A stretch of DNA of 54,027 nucleotides from Prorocentrum cordatum (taxonomy: Eukaryota), in NCBI GenBank assembly GCA_963575745.1, contig CAUYUJ010000272.1:62001-116027 (forward strand), in the 5' to 3' direction. Positions 13,531 to 26,268 of this stretch are shown here, in pieces. How positions within the stretch are numbered: position 1 is the stretch's first letter; every line of letters begins with the position of its first letter. The position numbers were made by a program, and so were the translations under genes. The notes beneath the pieces are model-generated. The model was given only the letters and a program-made list of their open reading frames with translations, was not told where the DNA came from and searched no databases.

Positions 13531-13829
13531 ACCAGCGATGCCAGGAGGGAGGGGGATGGGGAGGGACAGGAGGAGGAGGAGGAGGAGGAGGAGGAGGAGG
13601 AGGAGGAGGAGGTGGAGGAGGCTGGGGAGGGGGGAGCAGGAAGAGGAGGAGGAAGAGGATGAGGAAGAGGAGGAGGAAGAAAGGATGAGGAGGTCGGGGG
13701 GGGGAGGAGGAAGCGGAGGAGGGGGAGGATGAGGGGGATGAGGAGGCGTGGTGGTGTTGCATGTGTGGCGTGGTGCGGTGGTGCTTCAGGGAGCGCGCGG
13801 GCGCCCGCCCGCCCGACTCGCCGCCCGCC

Positions 13830-14190
13830 CGTGTTAGGGCCCCGCCCGTCGCCCGACTCGCACGCCCGTTAGGGTCTCTCGCCCGACCCGACCCGCCCGT
13901 TAGGGTACGCACGTGCCAACTCGATGATGCATCATACTTTAATGTTCCACCCGCCCGACCCGACCCGCCCGTTAGGGTACGCACGTGCCATTTCGATGGG
14001 GCATCATAATTTAATGTCCTGCCCGCCCGACCCGACCCGCCCGTCAGGGTGCGCACGTTCCAACTCGATTATGCATCATATTTTATTGTCCACCCGATCG
14101 ACCCGACCCGCGCGTTAGGGTACGCACGCGCCAGCTCGATGATTCATCATACTTTAACGTATCGCCCGACCCGACCCGCCCGTTAGGGTA
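13830..14190 (+). repeat. About 72-bp tandem repeat (gcccgacccgacccgcccgttagggtacgcacgtgcc...catcatactttaat)
   Basis: 4-5 copies at about 72-bp spacing. Confidence 0.9.
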
Positions 14191-14194
14191 TGCC

Positions 14195-16135
14195 TGTGTG
14201 GTACCCCGCCGGCTTGATACCTCCCCCGGGGCCCCCTTACCAAGCCAGCGGCCGCCGGCTTGGTACCCTCGCAGGCTTGGTACCCCCACAGGGGATCCCC
14301 CCTGCCAAGCCAGCGGCCGCCGGCTTGGTACCCCGCCGGTTTGGTACCCTCCTCCCCCCCAGGGGCATCCCCCTACCAAGCCAGCGGCCGCCGGCTTGGT
14401 ACCCCGCCGGCTTGGTACCCCCGCAGGGGGCTCCCCCCTACCAAGCCAGCGGCCGCCGGCTTGGTCCCCCCCCCCAGGGGCTCCCCCCTACCAAGCTCAC
14501 CCCTACCAAGCCAGCGGCCGCCGGCCTGGTACCCCGCCGGCTCGTACACCCCCAAGCGCTTCCCCCCCACCAAGGCCAGGCGGCCGCCGGCTTTGGTACC
14601 TCGCCGGCTTGTAACCCCCCCCCCAGGGGCCCCCCTACCAAGCCAGCGGCGCGCCGCCGGCTTGTACGCGCCCCACCCCGCCGGCTTTGGTACCCCCCCC
14701 CCCCCCCCCCCCCCCAGGCCCCCCAGGGGCTCTCCCCTACCAAGCCAGCGGCCGCCGGCTTGGTACCCCGCCGGCTTGGTACCCCCGCAGGGGCTCCCCC
14801 CTATCAAGCCAGCGGCCGCCGGCCTGGTATCCCCCCCGGGTTTCCCCCCTACCAAGCCAGCGGCCGCCGGCTTGGTACCCCGCCGGCTTGGTACCCCCCC
14901 AGGGCCCCCCACCTACCAAGCCAGCGGCCGCCGGCTTAGTACCCCCGAGTGCTTGGTACCCGCCCCAGGTTCCCCCCTACCAGCCAGCGGCCGCCGGCTT
15001 GGTACCCCGCCGGCTTGGTACCTCCCCAGGGTCTCCTCTTACCAAGCCAGCGGCCGCCGGCTTGGTACCCCCCAGGTGCTCCCCCCTACCAAGCCAGCGG
15101 CCGCCGGCTTGGTACCCCGCCGGCTTGGTCCCCCTCCAGGGCCCCCCCCCTACCAAGCCAGCGGCCGCCGGCTTGGTACCGCCCCCGCCGGTCTGGCAAA
15201 ACCCCCAAAAAAAGCGCTCCCCCCTACCAAGCCAACGACCGCCGGCTTGGTATCCCCCCCGCGCGTGGTACTCTTCCGGGGGCTCCTCCCCTACCAAGCC
15301 GCGGCGCGCCCGTCTTGGTACCCCGCCGGCTTGGTACCCCCCAAGGTGCTCCTCACCCTACCAAGCCAGCGGGCCGCGCGGCTTGGTAATCCCCCAGTGC
15401 CTCTCCCTACCAAGCCAGCGGCCGCCGGCTTGGTACCCCGCCGGCTTGGTACCCCCCCAGGGGTTCCCACCTACCATGCCAGCGCCGGCTTGGTAGCCCG
15501 CCGGCTTGGTATCCGGGAACCCCTCCCCCCCCCCTCCCGCCCTCCCACGATGCCGCCGGCTTGGTACCCCGCCGGCTTGGTACCTCCCCCCGCCGCCCGC
15601 CCCCTACCAAGCCAGCGCCGGCTTGGTACCCCGCAGGCTTGGTATCCGGGAGCCATTCCCCCCCTCCCGCGCTCCCGCTATGCCGCCGGCTTGGTACCCC
15701 GCCGGCTTGGTACCCCCCGCAGCTCGCCCCCTACCAAGCCAGCGCCGGTTTGGTACCCCGCCGGCTTGGTATCCGGGAGCCCTTCCCCCCCCCTCTCCCG
15801 CCCTCCCACGATGCCGCCGGCTTGGTACCCCGCCGGCTTGGTACCTCCCCCCGCCGCCCCCGCTACCAAGCCAGCGCCGGCTTGGTACCCCGCCGGCTTG
15901 GTATCCGGGAGCCCCTCCCCTCCCTCCCGCGCTCCCGCGATGCCGCCGGCTTGGTACCCCGCCGGCTTGATACCCCCCGCAGCCCACCCCCTACCAAGCC
16001 AGCGCTGGCTTGGTACCTTGCCGGCTTGGTATCCGGGAGCCCTTCCCCCTTCCTCCTCCCGCCCTCCCACGATGCCGCCGGCTTGGTACCCCGCTGGCTT
16101 GGTACCCTTCCGCCGCCCCTCCCCTACCAAGCCAT
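14195..16135 (+). repeat. Second array of the same 64-bp satellite; a variant subunit appears after about 15480
   Basis: Same unit, same orientation. Confidence 0.95.
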
Positions 16136-16510
16136 CGCCCGGCGTACACTCTGCGGAGGGCACCCCGGCCGCGCGCCCACGGCACAATTCGGCGGCGAGC
16201 GAGGGGGATCGAAGAAGAGAAAACGCCATAAACATAAACTTTTGGCGCTCAGCCCGGAGCGCCAAAAGTTTATGTTTGTGGCGCTTTTTCTTTCGCTAGG
16301 GGGGGATCGTCGAGGGCCAACGTACCCCGAACCCTGATAGCACGATGAAGATGTGGCCTCGCTGAGGTCCCCGTCTTCGCATTGGGGATCATGGATCTGC
16401 GCGGTTTGGCCTGCTACATCTGTAGAGAAGACCCCCGTATCCTTCACATTCTTGCCCCTCCCAACGGAGGTTCCCTCCCAAACGGTTAGGGGTACTTTTG
16501 TTGCCTGTCA

Positions 16511-16985
16511 GGGGAAGTGAGAAAGAGAAGGCCTTCTCAGGAAGTCCCTCCCGGTTTTCTGGGAAGTGTTCTGGCAGCCTTCCCCGAAGAGACGCAGAGA
16601 GCGTTTCTGAGAGGGCGCGAGGGCCTCTGACAAGTCCCGCCGCCTTCTGAGAGGGCCGTCTCCCAGCGGGCGAAGAAGCGTAACCTGTTCCGCCGTCGGG
16701 GGCGCCTGCCCCCCCGGCAGCTGGAAAGTTCACACCCCCATGTGGCGCCGCAGGGATATCAACTTCGCAGCCGCCCGGGTGGCAGGCGTCCCCGATGGCG
16801 GAAAAGCCTATGTTATACCGTTCTTCGCCGCTGAGAGAAGGCCTGCTCAGAGGATGGCGGGACTTTTCAGAAGCCCTCGTGCCCTCTCAGAAGTGTTCTC
16901 CGTGTCTCTTCGGGGAAGGCTGCCAGAAAACTTCCCAGAAGGCCGGGGGGACTTCCTGAGGGGGCCTTCTCCTTCTCGCTTCCCC
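16511..16985. mobile_element. Foldback/MITE-like element with about 230-bp imperfect inverted arms
   Basis: ctggcagccttccccgaagagac (about 16571) versus gtctcttcggggaaggctgccag (about 16904). Short loop near 16740-16752. Partial copy at about 31980-32105. Confidence 0.75.
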
Positions 16986-18088
16986 CCCTCGCTCGCCGCC
17001 GAGCATTTAATGCGTGCGTTCGCCGATGCTGCCCTGAGACCTGGGCGCTGCAGCTTTTTGGTTCACCGCGCGTTCTCGGTCGGTCTCGGGCCCTGGGGGA
17101 CCCTCACGGATCGATCTGGCAGCTGGCGCATGCAGATGGGGTCTACAATCAAGTCGGGCGTGTCCTTCTACAGGAGGAATATTCAAAAATAGTCAAAAAT
17201 AGTCTGGGGACGATTCTTTTACTATTTTTGATTATTTGGGAGCATTTTTTGACTATCAAAAGCCGCCTGTAGGGGGACATGCCCGATCTAAGTCTACAAG
17301 GCGGCGGTTGTGTTTTTGGGCGATACTGCATGTTTGCCGCAACGTCGGTTGCTTGTGGTGTTCCCGGTTTGCCTGGCGACCTCTCGATTCGCACAGCGGT
17401 CGAGTCGCCGAGTCGGGTGGAGTTCCGTGGTCGCGCTCCTTCGTCCTTTTCCTCGGCAATTTTTTTCTGTCCGCAACAGCCTCAGGGGAGGGCCAGTTGA
17501 GACAACCGTCGGTGGACATTGCGGATCAGCCCGAGCGGGCGGCGGGGCCGTCGTCGGCAGTCGGCGATGGGGCTCATGGCGAAGCCCGCCGCAGGCGCCG
17601 ACCCGCCTTCGTCAAGGCAACGTGGGTCGGTCGCGGGGTGGGTCGCGATCATTTTCGAAACCCAGACCTGATCGCGTCGGAACAAAAATCAGGACGGGAG
17701 GTTTTTGGTCGTTTTCGGCCTCGGGGGGCCCTCGCCAGGCCTCAGGACCGTCAAAAAACGGCTCAGGATGAAAAATTGGTCTTGGGGAAAGGGTGGGTCG
17801 CGGGTGGGTGGCGGGGTGGGTCGCGGTATGGGTCACGGGTCGGTCGCGGGGTGGGTCGCGGATCCGTCGCGGGGGGGACGGCGACAATAATGACAGCAAT
17901 CATTTAAGATTGTTCGTTCTCGTCTGCTCGCGTGTCAAGTAACGCTTACGTCAAAAACCCTCGATATCCGCCCTCGTCGTCTTCGATCGTGCCCCACTTG
18001 GAGGTCTTCTTTCCCTGTTAAGTGTAGTTGGCGCAGCCACTAAAGCAGGAAGAAGAGGGAGACAGGATTGTGATCGTTTTCGTATTCA

Positions 18089-18295
18089 TTGTTCTGCCGA
18101 TCGGCGCGGGCCCTCGCACCTCCTCCGTCCCCCACGGAGTAGATCTTGGCTGCTTGGGGGGCGCCTGCTTCAGGCGGGTGGAGTCTCCCCCCATAGGATG
18201 CGCGGCCCCAAGCAGTCGCACCAAGCAGAGGGTTGGAGCCGGACCCCGCCCCTCCCCTCCCCTGTCGTTCAATGTCGAGACGCCGAGTAAGAAAG
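18089..18295 (+). mobile_element. About 200-bp dispersed SINE-like repeat, copy 1 (copy 2 at about 40250-40450)
   Basis: Colinear similarity from tgccgatcggcg to caatgtcga.acgccgagt followed by an A-rich end. Confidence 0.6.
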
Positions 18296-18321
18296 CGTTC
18301 GCAAAAAGATGCATATATATG

Positions 18322-18354
<33 letters not shown>

Positions 18355-20632
18355 CGACGTGTCACGCTGCCACGTGCCACGCGTAGTTGGCGCAGCCCCT
18401 AAACGGGAAGAAGAGAGAGAGAGAGAGAGAGAGATAGGAAAAGAGAGAGAGAGAGAGCGGACAGGGGTGCGGGAGAGGAGGCCACGAAGGGCCTCGACGG
18501 GACCGCGGACGGCGATATTGCGGAGCCACGAGTCGAGTAGGAGATCGGCTTCAGGAATAATTTGCCCCAAAATCGATGTTCGCGTCGGATCTTCAGCAAG
18601 AGTACGTCGAATGCTCGTAGATCTACGCTCGTTCTGCGCAGTCTGAGTGGACTCGAGGAGAATAAAAACAGATAATACCAGGGCACGTCGATTCTGTAGT
18701 CGATCCCCTGCTCGAGCGAAGGGCGATGGGCAGCGAGGGGCGGCTGCGGTCCCCTGACGGGCGGGTCGGGTGGGCGGACCCCGACGGGCGGGTCGAGCGG
18801 GCGGTTCGCTGAAGGGCGAGGGTCCCGCGTGGCAGAGGGGTCGCCAGAGGTTTCCAGCGATGGCGCGATTGTCAGGCAAATCGTGGGGAAGCCCACGGCG
18901 AGAGCGTGATTCCTGAAAGCCGATGGGCGCGGCGTGTGAGCAAGCCACTGGGAGGTCCCTGCGCGAGGGCGCGGTTCCTTGGTGAGGCGTATGGAAGTCC
19001 CGAGCGGGAGCACGATTCTTCAACAACTTGTGAGGAAGAATCAGGCGGGAACCGTTGTTGTTGATGCAGTTCGGGGCCTTTCTCTGCATCTGACGTGCAA
19101 TACTTTCCCATATTGAAAACCGGGTGTGAGCCCCGAGGGTGCCGTTTCGGTTGAAAAAGCCCGAGGGGGGAATTAGCAGCTATTCTCTGGAGATGACAAC
19201 AAGAATCTGCGCCGCGGACTCCCGCTTCAGCCACGCACCCAGGGATGGTGTAAGACTGTTCGGTCCCCTCACTCTGATCAGATCTGCCTGCGCCGATTCT
19301 GGGCGAGCCTGGGGCCTCAGAGGACGGCCGGTTGAGGCACGGTTGGTTCGCCTGCGGGGCCCCCGTGTCGCCGCGGCCAGACGCAGCTCGGGACGCTTGG
19401 TACGTATAGACCGCTGGGGGAGGTCTGGGGATCGATTTTGGCCTGCCGTTGCCTCGGCGCCCTGCTCCGAGGGCCAGTCGGTAAAGCTCTGGTATTCCCT
19501 GACTCTGGATTTGCCGTACCTGTTTGACAAGTTCGTAAGTAGGGCGGAAAGGTCCGCACTACTTTTCAGGCTTCGTTTGATGCCGGTTCCCGCACTGCTT
19601 TGCCGTCGCTGTCTCCACCGTGCTCTTGCGGAGATCTCCGCCCCAAATGTTTCTGAGGCGGAAATGTTCGCCCCATTTGTTCGCACCTGTTGGGTTGCAT
19701 TTCCGGCACAGTGCTAGGTCGGAAAATCAACCATAGTACGGCGGATCCAGAGTCAGGGTTCAGGAGCGAGCGGAGGACGTAGATGCATTGAAGGGGTTCC
19801 CAGATGGATTTTCACCCTGGAGCGGTTCCGGGGTGGAAATCCATCTGGGCGCTCCCGACACTGGGCGGGAGGGCCCAGCCGCGAGGAAGACCGTCAATGA
19901 GAGATGACATGTGGAAAATGCCAATTTGGGGGGCTCGCTCGGGCACCCCCCCCCTTATCCACGAGAGCGCGGTTTTGCACACGAGCCCACATCGGTCTCG
20001 AGAGCACGCGCTGCGCGAGCATTCGTGACACGAGGCTGGCCTCGCGGACGGGGGGGGCAGCGTTGGTGCGTGGCCGGGAGGCGCGCGTCCTCCCCGTGCG
20101 CTCCCTGAGGGTGGGGCCTCAGGAGGAGGAGGTGGAGAAGGAGGAGGAGGAGGAGGTGGAGGTGGATGAGGAGGATGAAGCGAGGAGGGGGAGGAAGAGG
20201 AGGAGGAGGAGGAGGAGGAGGAGGAGGAGGAGGAGGAGGAGGAGGAGGCGGTGGCGGTGGGCGGTGGCGGTGGAGGTGGGTGAGGAGATGAAACGAGGAG
20301 GGGGAGGAAGAGGCGGAGGAGGAGGAGGGGGAGGAAGAGGCGGAGGAGGAGGAGGAGGAGGAGGAGGAGGAGGAGGAGGAGGAGGAGGAGGAGGAGGAGG
20401 AGAAGGGTCGGCGCGGGTCTGTGGCCTGGCGCCCTCCGGGCAGGGCCGGGCGCGGGGCTGCCCGGAAGCGGGCCTCGCGGCGGTCGGGGCAGCAGGTGCC
20501 GCGCTCGTGCGGCGAGGGTGGCGGCGCCGCGCCGGGGGATGCCGCGCCGGCGGCGGTGGCCGTCGGGCAGGGCCCTGCGCCTGTGGCACCTCCTCCTCCT
20601 CCTCCTCCTCCTCCTCCTCCTCCTCCTCCTCC

Positions 20633-21683
20633 AACCACAAAGGCGCCGACTGGTACCAGGAAGCCGAGGAGACCACGCAGAGGACCGAGCCGCTTGCGAT
20701 CGGCGAGGTGGTGCAGACCCTCGGCGGGCAGGCCCTCTCCGAGGCCCAGAGGCAGGCGCTCCAGCAGCTCGAGAGCGCCTTCGCCCCGCCGGCCCCTGCA
20801 GAGCGCCCCGCGCTCCTGGAGGAGGGCATCCAGCGGGCGGCCGCGGCGGAGAGGGCTGCTCGTCGGGAGCTGGAGAAGCGTGCCAAGCAGCTGGCCGACG
20901 CCAAGCTCTGGCTCGACGAATGCCAGGCTCGATCTGATGCGGCAGCTGACGCCCTGGTGGGGGCTGAGGTCAAGCTGGCGCAGGAGAAGAAGGCGTTGGC
21001 GTCTCCAGGCAAGGACCCTCAGCCTGAGGGGACGGACCAACAAGGGCGGCGGGGTCATCAACCTCTCTGCCTTGTTGGGCGAAGGAGAGGCCAGTTTTGT
21101 CATCGAGGACGGCCCCCTCTTCGACCTGGAGGGGCTGGATATCACATCCGAGCAGCGGCAGCAGTTCAACAAGCTCAAGCAGACCTTCGAGGCGTCGGTG
21201 CAGCAGGCGGTCCGCACGCACTTCGGGCCAGGGGCTGACGTCCTCAAGTCCCAGCGCGAGCAGCTCAAAGAGATCAGGATGCTCCGCGAGACCTTCAAGA
21301 AGCGCAGGCGGGAGCACCCCCCTGCGGCCGCGGCGGCAACAGAGGCGTCATCGCCCCAGACCCCCGAGGGGAGCCCGCCGCAGGCGCCTGCCCAGGCCAA
21401 GCGCGAGGACCCTCCTGCGGAGGCGGCGGCTGCAGAGGCGCCAGCGGCCCAGAGCCCCGAGGGGGGCCCGCCGCAGGCGCCAGCCCAGGCCTCCCAGGAG
21501 GCCCAGCAGGCTGCCCAGCCCGCCGCGGAGCCGCAGGGTGCCCAGGGCGCTTCGCCTGGCGCTGCCAGCTCTGACGCTGGCCCTGACGCTGGTCGTGAAG
21601 CCGCTGGCAAGGAGCTGGCGGAGGCCTTGCAGCGCGCCAGGGCTCGCAGGGCGGAGGCAGTCGCCAAGCCAGTACCTCTTTAG
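20633..21683 (+). pseudogene. LINE ORF1-like coiled-coil protein, 5'-truncated, frameshift near 21035
   Basis: Ala/Glu/Gln-rich helical sequence (EAQRQALQQLESAF..., QRQQFNKLKQTFEASV...) immediately upstream of the pol ORF; ends CTT TAG. Confidence 0.65.
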
Positions 21684-24600
21684 CCCGCACGGGCTCGGCA
21701 GCCTGGCCTCCACGGCTGCAGGTACCAGTACACAATGCTCTACATGGTCGGGTTCATGGCATGAGCCCAGCACGTCGCAGGAGCCAGAACCTTTCAGAGG
21801 GTCTCCTCCTGACGCAGTCAGTACATCATTCTCTACATGGTCAAGTTCACCGAAGGCGAGCCCTCCACGTCGTCGAGGCAAGGGCGGCACGCGCAACGTG
21901 GGGCTCGAGTTCATAGGCTTCAACTGTTCATCTTGGGCGCAGGCTATTGATGTCTTGGATGAGGCCGCTACAAGGAAGATCGTGGGCCCCATGCATATCA
22001 CGTTCCTTCAGGAGCATAGGCTGACCGCGCCCATTGCCAAGGACATCGAGGCGGCCAGCTTCAACAGGCACTACACGGCAGCACTGGTTCCAGCTGTCAG
22101 CGGCCCAGGCGGGCGGCCGACTAGTGGAGTTGGGTTCCTCGTGCCAAGGAATGTTGGCCTCACACATCTTGAAGGCATGAATACGTTTGATATCTCACCT
22201 CCTGGGTCGCCTGGCCGCGTGGCAGTGGGCTGGTGCTCTGCTGGACAGAAGGGTGGCCTCATGATTATCACGGCATATTTTTGGACACGGGAAGGTTGGA
22301 CGATTCGAAATTTGTCAATTCTGGAGTCCATTGCAACGGTCATCAAGCAGTATGACATACCGTGGGTATTCCAAGCAGACTTCAACGAGACGGGGGAGTC
22401 TTTACTCAATACGGGTTGGTGCCAAGATGTGGGTGGAGTTGTGCGACTCCCTTCCACTACCACGTGTGCAGGAGTCGGCGGTGGCAGTATCATCGATTTC
22501 TTTGTGCTCGACGCCCGCATCCAGCATGCTTTCGGAGACACGGTAGAAGTATTAGACACCGCAGCCGCACCTCACTCGCCCGTTCGCCTAGTCATGCAGT
22601 CCAGGATGCGAGCAAAAGGCGGCTGGAGGCTTGCCAAGCCCAGACCTTTCCCAATGGAGAGGCCGTGCGGACCAGTCCCGCAGCCTGCACAGTGGCCAGA
22701 TTTCGATCATCAGGACGATTTAAATGGCACCCAGCTTGACCAGCTTTGGAAGCAGATTTCACACGTGCTGAAACAGAGCTGGTGAATCTCCTGGGCGTGG
22801 AAGAACCCCAATCCTACCCCGGTCGGGGCGATCCTCCTCGGTGGACCTGGGCCCCCCTCGCTGGTCCTCAATCGCACGCACGCCCCAGGGGAACGCCTAG
22901 CTCCCGAGCTTGGCGGTGGGTCGCCGCACGAGCCAGTGATTTTATTTTCCTCGCACAAGCTGCCCAGCAGGAAGGTACCTGGATGCATGCACGCGCGCGA
23001 CGAGCAAAGCTCGAGCGCCGCATCGAAGGAGGAAGGAGTCGGTTGGTTCACGACTTGGGGGAGGAGGCTGAGCACGTAATCGCCCAGTTTGAACGATACC
23101 GCGCTTTTTGTCTCGAGGGCCCAGCGCTCATGGAGCAGGCCCCCGAGATCATGGGTCTCCAGCGACGAGCTGTAGCCAACGCTCAGACCATCGAGCGGCA
23201 GCAGGCAGCCACACGGTCAAAAGAATGGCGAGAACGTTTGAAGACGGAATCGGCAGCAGGCTCTTCTTTCATCCACAGGATCAGCAAGTGGCGTACCCTC
23301 CTCCCCCCGTCACGGGTTGCTCCGTCTCCAACCTCGAGCTTGCTGATCCTCAGGAAGCGGCCGACAGGGCTGCGCAAGAGTGGTTTGACGTTTGGGGCCC
23401 CCATGGACAGGAAAGCACGGGTCCCTCAGACCGACCCTGGGAGGCCGCTCGTTTCGCCCATCCGTTGGTTCACCTGGACCGCCAGCTGTTTACCAAAACA
23501 TGTTTGGGTTTTCCTGCCAGGACGGGAATAGGCTCCGACCACTGGCACCCACGCTGGTGGGCTTGGATTTCGGACGAAGGCAAAGACTGCCTCATTCAGC
23601 TAGTGATGTTTATCTCTCGCACGGCACAGTTCCCATCGCAGGTAAGGTACATCATATACTTCCTACTTTCGAAGGAGTCGGGAGGCACACGGCCGATTGG
23701 GCTCCTCCCCTTCCCTCATGCGTGTAGTAGAACGAGCTCACTCTGGCCTCTTTCACGACTGGGAGCGCTCTGCCAAGCGCAAATATGACTTCGGGGGCCC
23801 TGGAGGGGGCTCCGAAGAGGCAGCATGGCACCAGATGGTGCACGATGAGGGGACGCGCGAGGGGGAGGTGTCGGTGACGGGGGTGCTGGATATGTCGCGT
23901 GCTTTTGAACATGTAACCATGAATGCTCTGTGGGTCGTAGCCCCTCTTTGCGGCTTCCCACAGCAGCTAGCCAAGCTTCTCACCAGCATCTACACGTCCA
24001 CCAGGCTGGTTGCCTTTCGAGGGGTCCTAGCCAAGAAGTCGATTCAAACTTTTTCGGCCGTTGTGGCTGGCTCGATCGGTGGCACCAGGGCGCTCAAGAT
24101 GGTGGTGCTGCAGGTCACAGATGCAATGCATCAAGCCTGGGGGGCTCGCCTCCAGATGAAATTATTCGTCGACGATCTCAGCATTCAGGTCCGAGGAGCG
24201 TTGCGATGTCTCAATGTTCTGCAGGCTGCTGTCACGTTCTATATCCGTGAGATTGAAGGTACCTGGCGCACCCCTGTCTCCCGTGGTGCCCGCGGCAAAG
24301 GGTACATCCTCGTCGCCTCGGCCTCGGCTCGGAATCGCTGCGCTGCTTGGGCCAAAGACCTGGGTCTTGCCATCACCGACACCAGCTCACAGCTGGGAGT
24401 GGACAGCGCTGGAGGCGCCGTAGTTCGCAAAAGAAAGAAAATGCAGAAGCGATTTAAATACGCATGCCAGCGCAAGTCAAAATTAAAAGCCCTCTCAAAG
24501 CAAGGGGCCCGCCTCGCCAGGGTTGTCCGCCAAGGGGTGATCCCGTCCGTGACCTACGGGTCGAGCTGTTTAGGAGTCTCGCCTGTTTCTCTGAACAGAA

Positions 24601-26168
24601 TGCGTGTCATGGTTTCGGGCAGCCTGGGCGGTAGTGCGATTGGTCGAGACAGGGTTCTCCGACTCTGGACGTATCAAGTTGATCCTGTGGTCGAGGGATC
24701 GCAGAGGCCGCTATGCATGTGGGCCACGCAGGCCTGGAATGGAGTGCATCAGGTAGACATGGCCAGGGCCTGGCGCAGGGAAATGTCACGCGAAGCGGCC
24801 AGACGGAGTCGGGCGCTAGATCGCCCCTGGAGCCAAGTTCGAGGGCCAGCTTCTGCTTGTAATCTCACGCTGCAGAGGCTGGGCTGGTCCTGGCCTAGCT
24901 GGCACACCATCCGCATTCACACTGGTGAAATGTTTGACATGCGCCGATCGGCGCCCAGCACGCTGCGCAAGTATATTTACCTTCGTTTAGAGGATCAAGA
25001 GCTCACCGACTGGGCAACGCATCGAGGCATGCCCTTTCGGAAGCCCTTCCTCGAGCCTTGTCGCGCAGCAGTCAGGACAAAAAAGAAAAAGGGCCAGAAG
25101 CAGTCGGCTATGCTAGCTTTCCTGCGCAGCGATTTTTGGACGCAAGATAAAGTGTGGAGAGCAGGCCACTCGGAAGATCGAAGTTGTCAAAAGTGCGGGC
25201 ACGCCATCGGAAATCAGCACCATAGATTTTGTAGGTGTCCAGCTTTTCAGGAGCAGCGCCAGGCTGCAGGTGAATCTTATCCTGATATAATCCACCGTGC
25301 CTCCTCCTCGTCCTCCTCCTCCCGTCTCTTCTCCAGGGCTCTCGCGCCTCACCCACTGGGGGACCCCTTCCAGGACGTCACGCCCAGCATTGAGACCCTG
25401 GGCCCCGAGTACGGGGACGATCCCCTTCTCTCGGGCCTGGCCTATTCGGATGGGTCGGGGGTCGGGGTCTCTGGGTTGAAAACGTTCGGTTGGGGCCTCT
25501 GCTTTGTTGACCAGCACGGCAATGTACGCAAAGCGATGCATGGCACGGTTCCAGGAGTAAGGCAGGCACAAAGTGTGCTTAGAGCTGAATTGTATGGTTT
25601 CTTGAATGTTCTTCGTCACGGCACAGCCCCTCTGCAGGTAGGGATCGATAATTCCACAGTCGTTCGGGGCTTCAGGCGAGGCCCAGTTTGGTGCCGCCAA
25701 GCCAGGCGACCGCATGCCGATTTATGGCACATGATTTGGAATGCGATTGAGGATTCGTTCTCGGGGGAGGGGGGCCTCGTCGTCGCCAAGGTCAAAGCGC
25801 ATTCCAAAAAAGCTCAGGCCCAGCAGCTCGAGGGACTCGAGCTGTGCAACTACCTAGGGATTCAATGCGCCGACCTTCAAGCGAAGGAGGGAGCCAAGCT
25901 AGACGCCATCCCGCCTCACACTCGTGACGCGTGGGTGTCTAGGTTCAAGGAGGTTTGTGCTGTTCTCGGGCTCGTCGGTGACATGACTTGTAAGATAGGC
26001 ACGTTTGACGACACCACAGGCCGTCTCCAGAATGCCCCCCAGCCCCCTGGCCCTCGGCCGCGCCGTTCGGTGCTGCCTCCTCCAGAGTCTCGGCACGTCC
26101 TGGAGTGGGATAGGGGGTCTTGGAGGTGTGCTTGTTGTGCTAGACGGGCCCACAGCTATAAGGCCAAG
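21684..26168 (+). pseudogene. LINE ORF2: AP-type endonuclease, reverse transcriptase, CxxC-H-C zinc knuckle, RNase H, C-terminal CxxC; frameshifts near 22760, 23330 and 23715
   Basis: APE: FN, LQEH, GVGFLV, QADFN, IDFFV, HSPV. RT: TRPIGLLP, LDMSRAFEHV, VVAGS, LFVDDL. Zn: CQKC...HHRFCRCP. RNase H: YSDGS, AELYG, IDNSTV, HADLW, KVKAH, ADLQAK. Confidence 0.9.
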
Positions 26169-26268
26169 NNNNNNNNNNNNNNNNNNNNNNNNNNNNNNNN
26201 NNNNNNNNNNNNNNNNNNNNNNNNNNNNNNNNNNNNNNNNNNNNNNNNNNNNNNNNNNNNNNNNNNNN
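26169..26268. other. Assembly gap (100 N)
   Basis: Run of N. Confidence 0.99.

Larger units (their letters stand above)
20633..26168 (+). mobile_element. Non-LTR retrotransposon (LINE-like, APE-RT-RNase H); 5'-truncated, 3' end lost in the N gap
   Basis: Starts directly after (CCT)n. An ORF1 remnant is followed by a polyprotein with endonuclease, RT and RNase H motifs. Confidence 0.92.

Noticed and set aside
13830..14190. Telomeric repeat (TTAGGG)
   Set aside because: Only one hexamer per 72-bp unit, not a tandem telomeric array.
2535..16337. Long ORFs such as 2535-4193, 14260-16299, 7327-8421 and 10840-12096
   Set aside because: Translations of stop-poor GC-rich satellites, open in several frames, with no domain signal.
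17595..17616. Possible upstream helicase micro-exon (RRPAFVK)
   Set aside because: Has AG/GC ends but is too short, shows no convincing homology and lies across the gap.
18480..19720. Non-repetitive segment with 120-350-aa ORFs
   Set aside because: No recognisable motifs; probably decayed transposon sequence.
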